Position numbers and translations under genes: made by a program
Shown here: in pieces, positions 48,958-61,900 of the stretch
Layout: every line of letters starts with the position of its first letter
Position numbering within the stretch: position 1 is the first letter of the stretch
Notes under the pieces: generated by a model
The model's input: only the letters and a program-made list of their open reading frames with translations
The model's database searches: none
Told to the model about the DNA's origin: nothing
DNA from: Anthoceros angustus
Lineage: Eukaryota > Plantae > Anthocerotophyta
Direction of reading: 5' to 3'
NCBI GenBank assembly: GCA_010909165.1
Contig: VJWM01000106.1
Coordinates: forward strand, 682,001-746,000
DNA length: 64,000 nt

Positions 48958-49130
48958 CACTAGTAGAAATGATCAGGTCCATTCAACTGTTTCGACAAAA
49001 AATGTCGAATGAACGAAAAGGACAAGGACGTTGTTTCGACATTTCATGTCGAAAAAGATGTCCAAACGAAGATGTCGAAAGAGCAAAGCGTAAATTCAAC
49101 ATTCGAATTAGCAGCCTTCTGGTCTGCTCC
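48958..49130 (+). mobile_element. CACTA left end inserted in the PPR fragment
   Basis: CACTAGTAGAAAT followed by inverted TTTCGACA/TGTCGAA subterminal repeats. Confidence 0.7.
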
Positions 49131-49169
49131 TCTTGATGTGATGGCCGCACACAGGTGATCTCTCTTGTC

Positions 49170-52100
49170 ATTGTCGTGGAGGACGGCTTTCATACTCAAT
49201 CAAAAAACCGCGCACCAGCCCGTTCGTGTCTGTCCACCAGCTCAGACCCGGCTGCTTCCATGCCCTGATTTTTATCTTCGTGCCCTGCATCCCCTGTGCT
49301 TGCTCCCACATCTGAGCACCTCTATACATGTTGGACATCATACCTCCACATTGCTAAATTTTTGACAAGCACCCAGCAGCATGTGCCAAACTGCAGCATT
49401 GGCACTACAGACATTGTTCTTACCAAAGCTAGTGCCTCATCAAGTAGGCCTGCACGAAACAGGATATCTTTGATGCACGTGTAGTGCTCCACCTTGGGAG
49501 TGATGCCGTACTGTTTGCTCATGGCGGCAAAGGACTCCCCCCCCTTCTTCGCCAGACCTGCGTGATAGCATACTGTTAGAATGCTCAGATACGTGGTGGC
49601 CACTGGCTGGATGCCATCCTCTTCAATTCTCTGAACCAAGTCAAACACTCCTTCACTGTCCCCTTGGGAGGAGTAGCCTGCAATCAGTGCGCTCCAGGCG
49701 ATGACGTCCCTTTCAAGCAACGATTCAAACACCTGCTGTGCATAAAGCATGCACCCAGACTTTCCATACATTTTTATCAAACTGCCAGCAACAAACAGAT
49801 CAGCTTCAAGCCCTTGCTCTTCTATGTGTGCATGCAGCTGCCTTAAGATGCAAAGCTCCCAAATTTGGACATGCCTGCACGAGGAACACAAATGTGAGGA
49901 AATTAGGTGCAGCGGTGCCTCCTTCTTGCAAGGCACTGTAAAGCCAAAGGGCTTCCTGGCTCATGCCGTACTTGGAATACCCTGGAATTAGAGCGGTCCA
50001 CGTCACAACATCTTTTCACCCAGTCCGTCAAACACTCTTTGCGAGGCATCCAGGCTGCCACACTTTGCATACATCTTGACCAACCTGTTGGCCACAAAAA
50101 AATCAGCCTGATGTCCTCCATCTTTAATTTGCACATGGAGCTGCTTGCCTATCTCCAAAGCTTGGGTGCCCACATTTGTACATGCCTGCAGCAGGCACAC
50201 AATCGTCACAGCGTTGGGTATAGAGATGCCTTCTTCTTGCATGACCCGGTAAAGACTAAGAGCTTCCTCTCCTCTGCCCTGCTGGGAATACCCTGCAATT
50301 GGGGTAGTCCAGGTTACCACATCTCTTTTGACCAAGACCTCTCTGAGCATCTTCCAAGCTACCACACTTGGCATACATGTTTACCAAACTGTTGGCTAGA
50401 CGCACATCAGTCTGATGTCTCTGTTCTCTTATTTGTGAATGAAGCTGCTTCCTCATCTCCAAAGCTGGGGTGCCCACACCTGCACATGCCTGGAGGAGGC
50501 ACGCAATTGTCACTGAATTGGGTGTAGTGATGCCCTCTTCTTGCATAGCGTTGTAGTGGCGAAGGGCTTCCAGGTTCATACCCTGCTGGTAATACCCTGC
50601 AATCGTGACATTCCACGTGACCACATTTTTTCTATCAAGTCCATCAAACAATCTCTGAGCATCCTCCACACTGCCATCTTTGGCATACATGCGTACCGTG
50701 ATGCGTACTGCTTGCATCCGACACTAGAGATGGAGGGCCTCGCATGCCCCATCCTCTGCTGGGCATACCCTGCAATTAGAGAGGTCCATGTCACCACATC
50801 TTGGTGACCAAGTCGGTCAAACATTTGCTGAGCATCCTCCGCGACACTTCGCATACATGTTTACCAAACTGTTGGCCACACCCGCAACAGATTGGTCTCC
50901 TCTTTTGCTGATTCGTGCATGAAGCTGCTTCCCCACCTCCAACGCTGCGCTGCCTACACTTGCACACACAAATGTCACCAAGTCGGGTGCAACTATCCCT
51001 TCTTCTTGCATATCTCTGTAGAGTTGAAGGGCTTCCTGGCCCATGCCCTGCTGGGAATACCCTCCGATAAGAGCAGTCCGAGTCACCACATCTTTCCTAT
51101 CAAGTCCGACAAACACGCTGTGAGCATCCTCTACGCTGCCACACTTTGCATACATATCGACCAAACTGTTGGCTACAACCACATCAGCTTGATGCCCTTG
51201 TTCCCTAATTTGTGTGTGAAGCTGCTTAATTACCGATCTCCAAACCTGCAACGCCCACACTTGCACATGCATTCAGGAGGTAAACAAATGTCATGGGATG
51301 GGGTACAGGGATGCCCTCGTCTTGCATGGCACTCTAAAGGTGAAGAGCTTCCTGGGCCGTGCCCTGCTGGGAGTACCCCGATATCATTACATTCCACGTC
51401 ACCACATCCTCCTGACTAATTCCATCAAATACACCCTGAGCATCTTCCACGCTGCCACACTTTGCATACATGTCTACCCCACTGTTGGCTACAAAGACAT
51501 GGCCTTGTAGCCCTCGTTCTGTAATCTGTGCATGAATCTCCTTCCCTGTCTCCAAAGGAGGGGTACCCCACACTTGCACATGCCTGCAAGAGGCACACAA
51601 ACGTCACAGAATCAGGTGCAGCCATCTCTGCTCGCATAGCACAGTACAATCGCAGGGCTTCGTGGCCCATGCCCAGCTGCGAGTACCCTGCTAGCATGGC
51701 ATTCCATGTTACCACATCCTTCCCACCAAGTCCATCGAGGACTCGCTGGGCATCTTCCAAGCTCCCGCACTTTGCATACATGTCCACCAAGCCACTACAG
51801 ACAAACAAATCAGGCTCAACCCCACTGGCCACCACATTTGCATGCCTAGCTTCCAAGTCTAATCCCCTTGCACAAGCTTGAAGGGTCGCCACAAACACAT
51901 GACCATCTGGCTTTACGTTGGGCCCCCGCATCCGACGATGCAGTGTACGGCCTGCTTCTCTTCTCCATACTTTACATACGCAGAAATGATGGAAGACTAC
52001 ATGAAGGCATCAGTTACAGCTACCATTGCAAACACATCCATCGCATCTTGTAACCTCCCATGTGACGCATACATTCGGAGGATGTGATTGCACTGGAAAG

Positions 52101-52266
52101 TATTCGACTCGCACCCCATACTCACCATTAAAGCATGGACTCTGCGACCTAAAACAACATCCCTCTTCATCACACATTTCCTCACAACACCATGAAAGAG
52201 AGATTTCGAAATACAACTCCTCCCTATTTGCACCATAACACCCAAAGCCTCAACAGCCTCTATCAC
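49170..52266 (-). pseudogene. PLS-class PPR with E domain and PG-box-type E+ remnant, heavily frameshifted
   Basis: Repeated VDMYAKCGSLEDAQRVFDG..DVVTWNAMIAGYSQQG..EAL..P..VTFVCLLQAC..LE.GKQLHAQI triplets; E1 VEHYTCIKDILFRAGLLDEA; WKQPGLSWW..NGLVRGF near 49240. Confidence 0.9.
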
Positions 52267-52879
52267 ACGGACTTTGTCTTCTTCGTCGGCTTACATAGCC
52301 TGCTCACGGTTTCAGCAGTCACGCCAATTTCATACCCTGCAGGCCTAATCCTACGAGGGTCACCATCTTCCAGCTCCTGGCCACGGCCCCTAACTGGCTT
52401 TCCTGCAAAGGTGCTGCAGCTCGTAGCTTCCGTGTTTGCCTTCGGCTGGTTCCTAGAAATCACAGTCACGTGAGAGGAAGAACTTAAGCCAGTACCTGTC
52501 AACCCACCAGGTTCTTTGGTCCAGGGAAGCTGTCCCCTCGGAGGATCCAGTTGTCCTTGCCTTGTGAAATTCAAGATGCGTCCTCCGCACTGGTTAGCGA
52601 TGTGAGCAGATGAAATATTGTAGTTCCCACGGCGGATTGTCTTGAGCTGCACAAGGCATCCTTTGCTGTTTGGCGGGTGTCTGCGTGCTGAGAGGCATGC
52701 AGGACTGTCCTATGAGGACCTCAAAGGTCTTGGATTGAGTGGTCAGCAGGGACGCAAAGGTTAAAATCCGGTTTTCTTGACATTGAAACGATGCTCGGCA
52801 TGAATCAACAAGGTCCTGATCCACCAAGCGCCGCTCGAGATCGCTGTTGGCATCGGAAATGGTAGTATACAGTGGAAAA

Positions 52880-53245
52880 GAGACATCCAAGCGGGAAAAC
52901 GAAATTTGCAGGGATCGATGAGATCCCGGGCTATGCTCCGGGAACAGATGTTTTGAACTCCAACCTGCTTGAAATCAACGTCTGTTATATATCCAACAAG
53001 CATGTCCAAGCTACAGGCAGATGGACAAGGCCCCTAGAGGAGTTTGAAACCTTAGCCAGGCGAATGGAAGCCGGGAAAGCACCTCACAGACCTGTGCTTC
53101 TGAATTGGCACAGGACAGGTACCTGGGATCAATTCTGTGCAACGGGCATGTGGACGGCATTTGGACGTTGGAACGGAGCATGTGTGAACCTCAACCTCCT
53201 AGGAGGCTTTAAATTGTTTTCTGGAGCTCGGGTCCAGGCATAGCA
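52880..53245 (-). mobile_element. 3' LTR-like sequence of the gypsy remnant (left boundary approximate)
   Basis: Starts TG right after a polypurine tract (53246-53264) on the minus strand; contains GGATATATAACAG (TATA-like); homologous to 57780-58097. Confidence 0.55.
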
Positions 53246-53800
53246 TTCCTCCCTCCCCCCCTTCCCGTTCCCTATTAAGCCTGGACAAGGAGAGAGGTAA
53301 CTGGTTACTGACCAAGTGGTTGGAATCTGGCTCAAGGACTCCAATTGGTGCTTGCTGAGAAGATGCCAGGCCCCTCGTCTCCCCGGGCATCCGGAGCGGG
53401 GCTCCCCGCAGGAATGTGTTCCCTCTCATCCTTCCTTAGGCTTTCCGCCACAGACGTGTGCACTCCGATAGCTGTAGAAGATCAACGGCTGGGGGCTTGG
53501 ACCACATTCTGTCACAGGGTACTCCATCGTAGGTTGGAGATGGTCATCCTGTGGGTGGTACATATGGCATCAATCCATGACGCACCGGAGATGGAGTGGG
53601 TGAGTACATGCTCGCCAGAGTACAAGGAATTCCCACTTGCCGAGTACCTGTCGATGGCCGAGGTTATCTTCCACCTCAAACTCCTCCTGGCCATGTACGC
53701 GTTCGGGAGGTGGTCTAGAAGGGGGTTATCCGTGGTAGAGACATGGAAAACGTTATCGGCGGCAACCCGATGCTCGATCCCCCACGAAGGAAGCCTCCGA
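53246..53800 (-). mobile_element. Ty3/gypsy chromovirus remnant: integrase C-terminus, chromodomain and PPT
   Basis: LPSW..NVFHVS then, in a shifted frame, PPPERVHGQEEFEVEDNLGHRQVLGKWEFLVLWR. Confidence 0.75.
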
Positions 53801-54118
53801 GGGAGGGCTTTGGCGAATGCTTCTCCATAAACGATGGAATCTGTGGCGACCTGGAATATGCACAAAGCTTGCCCATAAAAAATGCTGTGGTGAAGAAGAA
53901 ACTTCAAAGTGCTTTACATAGCTTAACAAATTGGGACCTATAAATTTTGGCATCTAAAACGAGGAGTCTCTTCCTGTTGGGATGATACTCTTCTTGTTGG
54001 GATGATACGATGTGTAACATAGGGGAATCAAAACCCTTGCTGAAGATTTCTCCCCCAGGGTTGTTTTGATTTATTTTCAAAATATTAAATTAAAAATACT
54101 AAAAAGAGGAGACTAATC

Positions 54119-55349
54119 TTAAGAGCCGGCGCTAAGAAACGCTGTCAAAAATTGAAGCAGGAAACCATTTTCTGCAACCACACACAACACAAAGTCAAGA
54201 CGATACAAGACAAGAGGACGATTCTTAATACAACGTGTGCCACCGTTTGCGTAACATGAAACATTATAAAAAAAAGTATAAATCTTGTTCCAAGAGTCGA
54301 CGTCGCAGCTCTGGATATAGTCGGAGGCAGGCTCAGCCAAAAGATATTCCTCGATTATGTCATAGGGAGAGACCAAATCATCCTCAATGGTCATCATAAT
54401 TGTCAGCTTGTTCATTTTTGCTATGAGTGGTCGTAGCTCAGCTGCGGATCACCCAGCAAGAAAATCAGAAATATGACTAAAGATTGGAAGGAGAATTATT
54501 GTTAGACACTGAAATATGATGAGCTAGAAATTTAGTTGTGATTTATACTTACAGGCACCCCACCGAAGGCCAGGTATTTGGACCCTGCGAACATGTTCTT
54601 CCAACTGTACCATGTCCGTCTCTTCGTCCCAAGGCTTCACGTCAAGCACGACGGAAGACTTCGCGACTACTGTCAATATCACCAGCATCAACACAATTAT
54701 GGCAGAAATAAATATTCCAAGACTCCCCCGATGAAATGCTGATGAGACTTCACATCAATATCCCCCAATCGATCAAACAACAACTTTCCTACTTCAAGCA
54801 AATTTAAAGATCACATCCATATCGTGCACACCAGTACTGATACTCACCTTCTTTCTTCTTCTCGTAATCTATCACCACACCGACACCTTGGCCCTGAAAG
54901 TTGTTAGGCAAACGCAATGTCAAGGACGCACACAAAGCCAATTACACAAAGATACAATATCTCAACCGAATCCAGGTTCTATATTCCCAACATGCCGCCC
55001 ATGGCCACGAGAGCGCTGATGTGCCTAAACCACCGAGAGAGATTGATAAGATCAGCGGCGGGGACCTCTCTCAAAGTAGCGAAAACGTCTAGATCATCCT
55101 TTGAAGCCTGGGAGCTAGACGATGCGGCACAATGTCAACCTCCAGTCCAAAATACACAATTAAAGCGCAAATAGCACCACAGATGTACACCATCATCATA
55201 CACACCACTTTCACCGAACACCTGAATTTACGATATTACAGGGTCAAAGGCAGGGACATGACTTACGCCGAGATGTAGCTCCGCGTGAGCAGATACTCGT
55301 CCAGCTCCTTCAGCCCCTGATGGCTGGAAACATCAAACACAACGGCCAT
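54119..55349 (-). pseudogene. EF1B: Elongation factor 1-beta/delta (eEF1B) divergent paralogue, probably decaying
   Basis: MAVVFDVSSHQGLKELDEYLLTRSYIS / SQASKDDLDVF..SRWFRHISAL / [25 protein letters not shown] / ..DDLVSP..YIQSCDVDSWNKI. No acidic linker, stop lost after NKI, exon-3 acceptor out of phase. Confidence 0.8.
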
Positions 55350-55743
55350 AGCTTACACGCGTTCGGACTCCGAACCTGGTGTAGTTTTCGCAATGGTGCA
55401 ACAACTTGTAAGAAAAAGGTTACACCTTCATTGAGAGAAATACAAAACTTTCATACAATTATACATACATGACATGCAACACTAGGCTCTCCCTAACACA
55501 GCACACAAAACACAGATGTAGGCTAGGCCTTCTCTAAACACACATGTAGACTAGGTTATTAAATAGCTGAGCCTTGCCCTTTACTTGTCCCTCACTATTT
55601 TATAAAAGATTTTCTGCTAGATTCTTTCTAGACCGTATACATAAACTTATTATTTTAACGTCACTCTTATCCTTTCTCACTCTCTGTATTTTTTGAAGAT
55701 TTTTTGTTAGACTCTTTCTAGACCATATACATAAACTTACTGT

Positions 55744-56005
55744 TTTAAGGTGTTATCCTTTCTCACTTGTAATAAATGACTTTCTAAAACGGCTTGCTTG
55801 AGACTCTCAAGGAGAATGATTGAATTAGATCACTCATCAAGGAGAAGGAGAGAACATAGGAAATAGGAGTGAGCTTTAAGGTGTTATCCTTTCTCACTTG
55901 TAATAAATGACTTTCTAAAACGGCTTGCTTGAGACTCTCAAGGAGAATGATTGAATTAGATCACTCATCAAGGAGAAGGAGAGAACATAGGAAATAGGAG
56001 TGAGC
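55744..56005. repeat. 131-bp exact tandem duplication within an AT-rich, possibly LTR-derived insertion (about 55380-56040) just upstream of EF1B
   Basis: TTTAAGGTGTTATCCTTTCTCAC..ATAGGAGTGAGC twice; a second looser duplication of about 100 bp at 55605-55770. Confidence 0.85.
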
Positions 56006-56601
56006 CGTTTCTGATACAAATATGCACGAAGTGCACCATATATATAGACCTTGGATGCTTCTATTCTAGGAGATATTAACTTTATGTTGATGAGTTAATA
56101 AGTAATTTGGTAAGGAGGTATAAATAAGAATTTGATTTTTTTGTCTCAACTTAACTTGACTACATGTTCTTTTTAAAGCTTTAGAGTAACAGAAACTACC
56201 TAATAAGGTCATAGGTAATCAGTTTTCTTATACGTAGAGCATACTAAGGTTAGGCACCTTCGTGCTGAACCCCTTATTTTAAAATTTAACACTCGTTAGG
56301 TAGTATATTCTAGATATTTTTATTTTAGATTATATATAAATAATATAAATAATATATAAAATATAAATAGATATCAAGTACCTACCTACATCATTTGGTA
56401 ATTAACTTCAAAAGATCGTTGTTAAGGCTTAGGGTTGCGCACCAGCAACCTTCAAGTGACTACATGATCCTCTTGGTCGCAATGGCCCAATTTGCCCCAG
56501 ATCTTGTAAGCGGCCTCTCAGCGGATGAGAGGGCAGCTGCTTTTTCGGATTTGAAGGCTAGTCTGGTGAAAGCTCATGTTTGCAACCACCAGATCCTTTG
56601 C

Positions 56602-56711
56602 ATGTGTCTGCGCATGCGATTAGAATGGATGTGTCTGCGCATGAATGGGAATCATTCTAATCGCATGCGCAGACACATCCAGACGCATGCGATTAGAATG
56701 ATTCCCATTCA
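56602..56711. repeat. Nested perfect inverted repeats (26-bp and about 27-bp arms)
   Basis: ATGTGTCTGCGCATGCGATTAGAATG 56602-56627 pairs with 56653-56678; 56642-56668 pairs with about 56685-56711. Confidence 0.85.
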
Positions 56712-56799
56712 GGCAATCGGAATGGTTCTGAGTAAAGATTTTGAAGAAAGGTGATTGGAATGATTATGAGTGAAGATTGTGAAGAAAGGTCATACAGGC

Positions 56800-56960
56800 T
56801 AATTAAAACAAATGTACACACGCTTAAGCAAAATTAAAGTCTATCCACTGATTATGGTCCCTCTCGGATGTTCTAGATACACTAGGGTTGCCATTCATGT
56901 CAGATCTAAACAAGGCTGTGAAGCTCATGAAAGGACTATGTACAACAAAAGGCGCATGCA
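56800..56960 (+). mobile_element. Possible hAT transposase C-terminal dimerisation-domain remnant
   Basis: Mixed frames give Y..LSKI..LS...PSRMF..IH.VRS..RL, resembling the hATC pattern; very degenerate. Confidence 0.3.
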
Positions 56961-57659
56961 TATCCAGATCGGTGAGAGTTTTGGCATTTCTTAAAGAGGT
57001 TATAAAAAGAGGTGGAGGGAGCAGCTCGGATTGGCCGCCTGCATGTAGGGGGCTATTGCCCCTGTAGTTGCAAGAACGGGAGCGGCAGGCCTTCGTTGCC
57101 GCGGACCTAGAGCAGCCCCGCGCGGGCTTCTGGGATGAGGACCTGGTCGAGATCCATCAGGTCCTGCTCCGCCTCTTCGGCCGTCCATAGCCAGGGACCA
57201 CCATCCAAGAACTCCAGCAACGGTATCCCGGCCGGGGTGCCGAGGTTGTTGACCAAAAACAACACGCCTTCTTGTAGGTGCATCGCCTCCTGTGTACATG
57301 ACAGCGAGTAGGCTTCTTCCAGTTTTTGGACGGCATCTTGTTTGAGGCTAGTGATACAGTCGTGCACGCGCTCGCAAACGGTGTTTGTGTTATTGCTGCA
57401 CCCCTACAAAAATTCACACTTCAGATCAGCCAGCAAATTAATATTGATATGATATGGCATGACGATAACAAGGAAGTGTGCTACCGGCAATGCCATGAGC
57501 CGCTCCAGAATATGGAGTAGTCGTGAGTACTCGGCCACCTCGCAGCGATGGCGATGCATGCTTAGCTAGGACACTAAACGCAGCGTCCCGTCGCTGGAGA
57601 AGAATCTTCAGCGGTCTTTGGATCATGCCGGATGCCGCCATAGCAACCCTCTTGAAGAT

Positions 57660-58960
57660 TAATTGAGAACTTCACGTCACTTCGGATCCGGCCGGCTTGT
57701 CCTCGGCAGCAATTGGAGTTCGCACTTAGAGCACTTGGTTTCAATTCTGATCTTAGTTACGTTCCTACAACAAATTGGAACTCCAACCAGCTTGGCGTCA
57801 ACCTCTGTTAGGTATCCAACACTCATGTCCACGATCCAGCCAGATGGACAAGGCATCCTTACCAGGGGAATGGGAAGCGCAAGAGCACATCACCGTCAGA
57901 TGCTAGCTAACCTTTTGAATCGACATTGGACAGGATTGATCCAAACCGGTCTTCTGCAACGTTACGGCCATGTGCAATGGCACTTGGGACGTACGGAGGA
58001 TGTACGTGTAAACCTCAACCTCGTAGGACACTTTGAATTGTATCAGCTTAGATCTACCGGATGCATCAACGCATGCTGGAGCTCGGGAGGCAAAGCACTC
58101 CCCCTCCGTTTGTAAGAACCAGCTCATACACAATACAGCCTGGGCAATGCACAAGATCAACACAGTTAGCAGACACAAGCAGAGGCAATGGATGGCACAC
58201 GCAATAGCACCACTAGCGTGGAGCCACTTAGCGCCATGGTAATTGACATATTCTGTACGTGTACCGCCGCTGCCAGTGCATCTGCCCAAAAATATTTTGG
58301 CATCTTGCTTTCCGCTAGCATACTCCTAGCGCCATTGCAGATGGTACGATTCTTCTGCTCGGCGATCCCCGCATATGTACCTTGTCGTCAACTGCCTCTC
58401 AATTCCGGCCGCTGTGCATTCATCCTTGAAGAGTTTACTCAAATACTCTCCTCCCCTATCAGTTCGAAGTTTCTTCAACTTCTTTCCGATTTGTTTCTCC
58501 ACAGTCGCCCTGAACATCTATAATGCTTGGAGAGCGTCACTCTTTTTCCGTAGGAAGTACACCGCTGTTCTCCTGCTGTAGTCATCGATAAACGAAATAT
58601 AGTATCTCGCCTGTATCATCCTTGCTTCCACTTGCATTGGTCCACAAAGATCAGAGTGGACAAGTTCCAAGACTTCTTTTGCTCTCTTCGTGATTGAAAC
58701 ATAAGACCTTCGGGGATGCTTGCCTTTCATACAAGCGTCACACAGACCAAGTTCTGCCTTCTGGAGCACCATGCCTGTCACGAGCTTCTTCCGCTCCTTG
58801 CAATCCTTCTCATAATGACCATACTTGAAGCATTTCCAGCACTATCCCCTCTTCACTATTCTCTTGTTCTCTGTCCCTGCAAGGACTCCCCCTGCTTGTC
58901 CTTGTTCCGGTTGTTCCGTCCCTTCCTCTTGATGAACATCACATGTTCCGGACCTGTTGA
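57660..58960 (-). mobile_element. Ty1/copia deletion derivative: gag zinc knuckle, integrase core, PPT, 3' LTR
   Basis: CWKCFKYGHYEKDC joined to LCDACMKGKH..LELVHSDLCGP..FIDDYSR..LRTDRGGEY..AEQKNRTI..ARSML..YFWADA. RT/RNaseH absent. PPT GGAGGGGGAG at 58098-58107, then TG. Confidence 0.88.
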
Positions 58961-61900
58961 CACTACTACAATGCAAGGGCCTTTAAGACGTGGCCTATTT
59001 GACGCATGATCCTTGCGTCTTTCTCTTGTCTTTCTCATTTGACGTCCACCAAGTCGAATGACGCGCTACCTCATCCGTGCATTTTGGTTGCAAGTCGGGT
59101 TGGTATTTTTTTGATGCAGTGCTCATAGGCTTCACGAAAGGTAAAGCACATTTTGTGTGACCACTTGCCGTAGCGAGAATGGGCTTGTACCGGGGCGATG
59201 CCCGTTCACCATAATAAACCTGTGCCCACACACGGTTCCGCAATCGGACGGTGGCTTTGCGGTGCATTCGGTGCCGCAGCGGATCCGGACCGTCGGCTTG
59301 GCGCACGCTCCGGTGAAGAGGGCCGGGCATATCCGTTGGGTCGATGCATTTGCGGTCGATCGGGAGAAGGGCACTTAGCGAGGGCAGCCCCTATTTTTGC
59401 ACCGTGTTTGTCACCGCAAGCCATGGAAGGCCCAATCCGAGACAGATTCTGCGCATGTATTGTCCCTACCGAGTGCGAACCCTTCCAGACGAGGCGGCGC
59501 GAGACGTTTCCAGGCGCCATGTCCAAAGTTGGCTTACATTTCTTCGATCGCGGTACGCAATCATTCTCCCAAATTGCCCGAATTGGATTGAATCAAATCT
59601 TGGGCGTCGATCTCTTCTAACTATTGCTGCTCTCACACATAACATGTCGTACGCAGGTTTAGCTTTCGGGGCGTCGCTATCCGAAGAGCCGGATGTCGCG
59701 CTTGCGCAACAAGGGTTGGTCCCCGTTCCACCAGCCATTGGCGATGGGGGCTCCCTCTCAAGATCCGGAGCCCGCAATTCACCACCGAGCGAGGAGTCGA
59801 TCCACCACGGGCCGGACTATACCTTGGTTGCTGGTGTTGATGACCGCTGGAAGGCATCCTCAACGCCCTTGCCACCACACCCTCCGGAAGGTCGAGGCTG
59901 CATGTGAGAGCACAGACAGAGCTCTCGCCACTCTTGCTTTGCTCAATTTCCAGGACAGGTTTGCCATATCGGATACCGCAATGCTCTCTTTGAGATGGCT
60001 TCCGAATTCTGCGCCCAATTCCATGCCAGCCTCTCGGCAAGCTGCAAAAGATCATGCTGCAGGTGGGTCACGTTATCATCGTGGACGCTGCGTCGATTCT
60101 GTATTTTCGGGTGATTTGGTGAAGAGCTTGAGTGTCCCCGGTGTGGGGAACCACGGCATGCTCCATCCGCGCCACGGAGTAAGCCTGTGGCACGCAAAAC
60201 ACTGTTTTATTTTCCACTTGTGGAAAGACTTCGGCGAATGTTCATGTGCCCACGTCTTGCCCAGCTAATGTCCGGCATCTCACCGCCCGCAGATCATACA
60301 TTGCGCATTCGACACCCGGCTGGCGAGCTCTAGATGCCCAGGACAATTTCGGGATGGACAGCCGCAACATTCGGCTTGGCATTTCTACCGATGGCCTCAA
60401 TCCTGGCGGCCACCGGTCCGCTCTTACTCCACATGGCCTGTTCTGCTGCAAATCCACAATCTTCCACCGTGGATGTCAACAAAAGACTTGCATTCTCATG
60501 CCGCTTATTATCCGGGCCCCTCGGTGAGCAATATGGATATCTACCTACAACCCTTGCTCGAAGAACTAGCTTTGTGGAAGGGTGTCCGGCAATAGATAGT
60601 TCACGGGCAATTCTCGACCCATCCGAAACTTCACATTGCGGGCGGGGCTTTTAACGGCCACATGTGACTACCAGCCTCGGCAATTTATGGGGACTCGGTG
60701 AGAGGTTACACGTGTGTGGATTGTGGAAGGGAATTGCAACCCGTTGGTCGAGTCCACGAACAAGCTGTATGAGGGCCACCGCCGTTGGTGTCCCTCCCTA
60801 GACCGCCGTAGGTATGAACTGCGATGCCTTCAACAACACCCACGAAACAAGAGGCCGGCCCGTCCCACACCCCGTGAAGTTGTTGCCCGGATGGAGCGCA
60901 GCGGCCGAGGATGACGCCACCGCCGCCGCCGTTGAGTGGGCGTGAAGCGGCCTTGACCTTTTACATATCGCCATACCTCGAGGTACACTCATCCTTCAAC
61001 ATCGTACGCTTAGCGAACCCGCTAACGTGTCCACGTCATTGGGCTTGAAGCAAATCGGTTGCCTTGCAGAATCTCCACAAGCTATGGACAAAGGGCGTCA
61101 TGCATGTTGAGGTAAACAATGCCCAAGCATTGTGGAAGGTGATTACGAAATGGGACACTTTGAAGTGCAGGCGGGACCTTGAAGAAAAGCGATTCTAAGC
61201 CACGGCTATGGCACGTGGAAGGAGAGTGTATCGACAACCAGCTCCCTCGGGCATCATATGTTATAGAGAATATTGACGCAGTTAAATTCGATCTTGCCAA
61301 TATTAGGCCACCAACCGGCTTCTGCTCAAACCTCAGTTGGTGCTTCTCGGGAGTGAAAGTGACAAGACTCAAAAGCCACGACCGGCATATCCTGCTGCAG
61401 TACTTGCTCCCAATAGCATTACGCAGCCGTCTTCATGGAGAGGAGTACAAGGCCGTGACTAGCTTGAGCGCATTGTACAGGTGATTGTGTCAGAAGGTCA
61501 TACCCATTTCCGAAATCTCTATCATGCGACGACATGCCATCCATACCCTAATTTCATTGGAGCGGGTTATGCCACCTACCTTCTGGAACATCATGCAACA
61601 TTTGGTAATCCATCTAGTCGACGAAGTCGAGACACATGGCATGGTTTATCAGCATTGGATGTATCCTATGGAGCGCTACATGTTAGTGTTGAAGACACAT
61701 GTTCGACAACGTGCAAGACCCGAGGGAAGCATGGCCTCTGGTTACATGGCTATGGAAGCGATGCATTTCGCATCGGAGTACCTTGCCGCCATCCACCCTG
61801 GCCACGCACATCTTTATGGCGTCCGCCTCACGGAAACCAGAACTGAACAACCCATTGGGCAAGCCCAGATGGTCACGCTCTCGACTTATGATCACTTGCG

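Noticed and set aside
57000-57640. Minus-strand exon-like fragments (VHDCITSLKQDAVQKLEEAY..)
   Set aside because: Protein-like but stop-interrupted and unassignable; probably part of an older TE.
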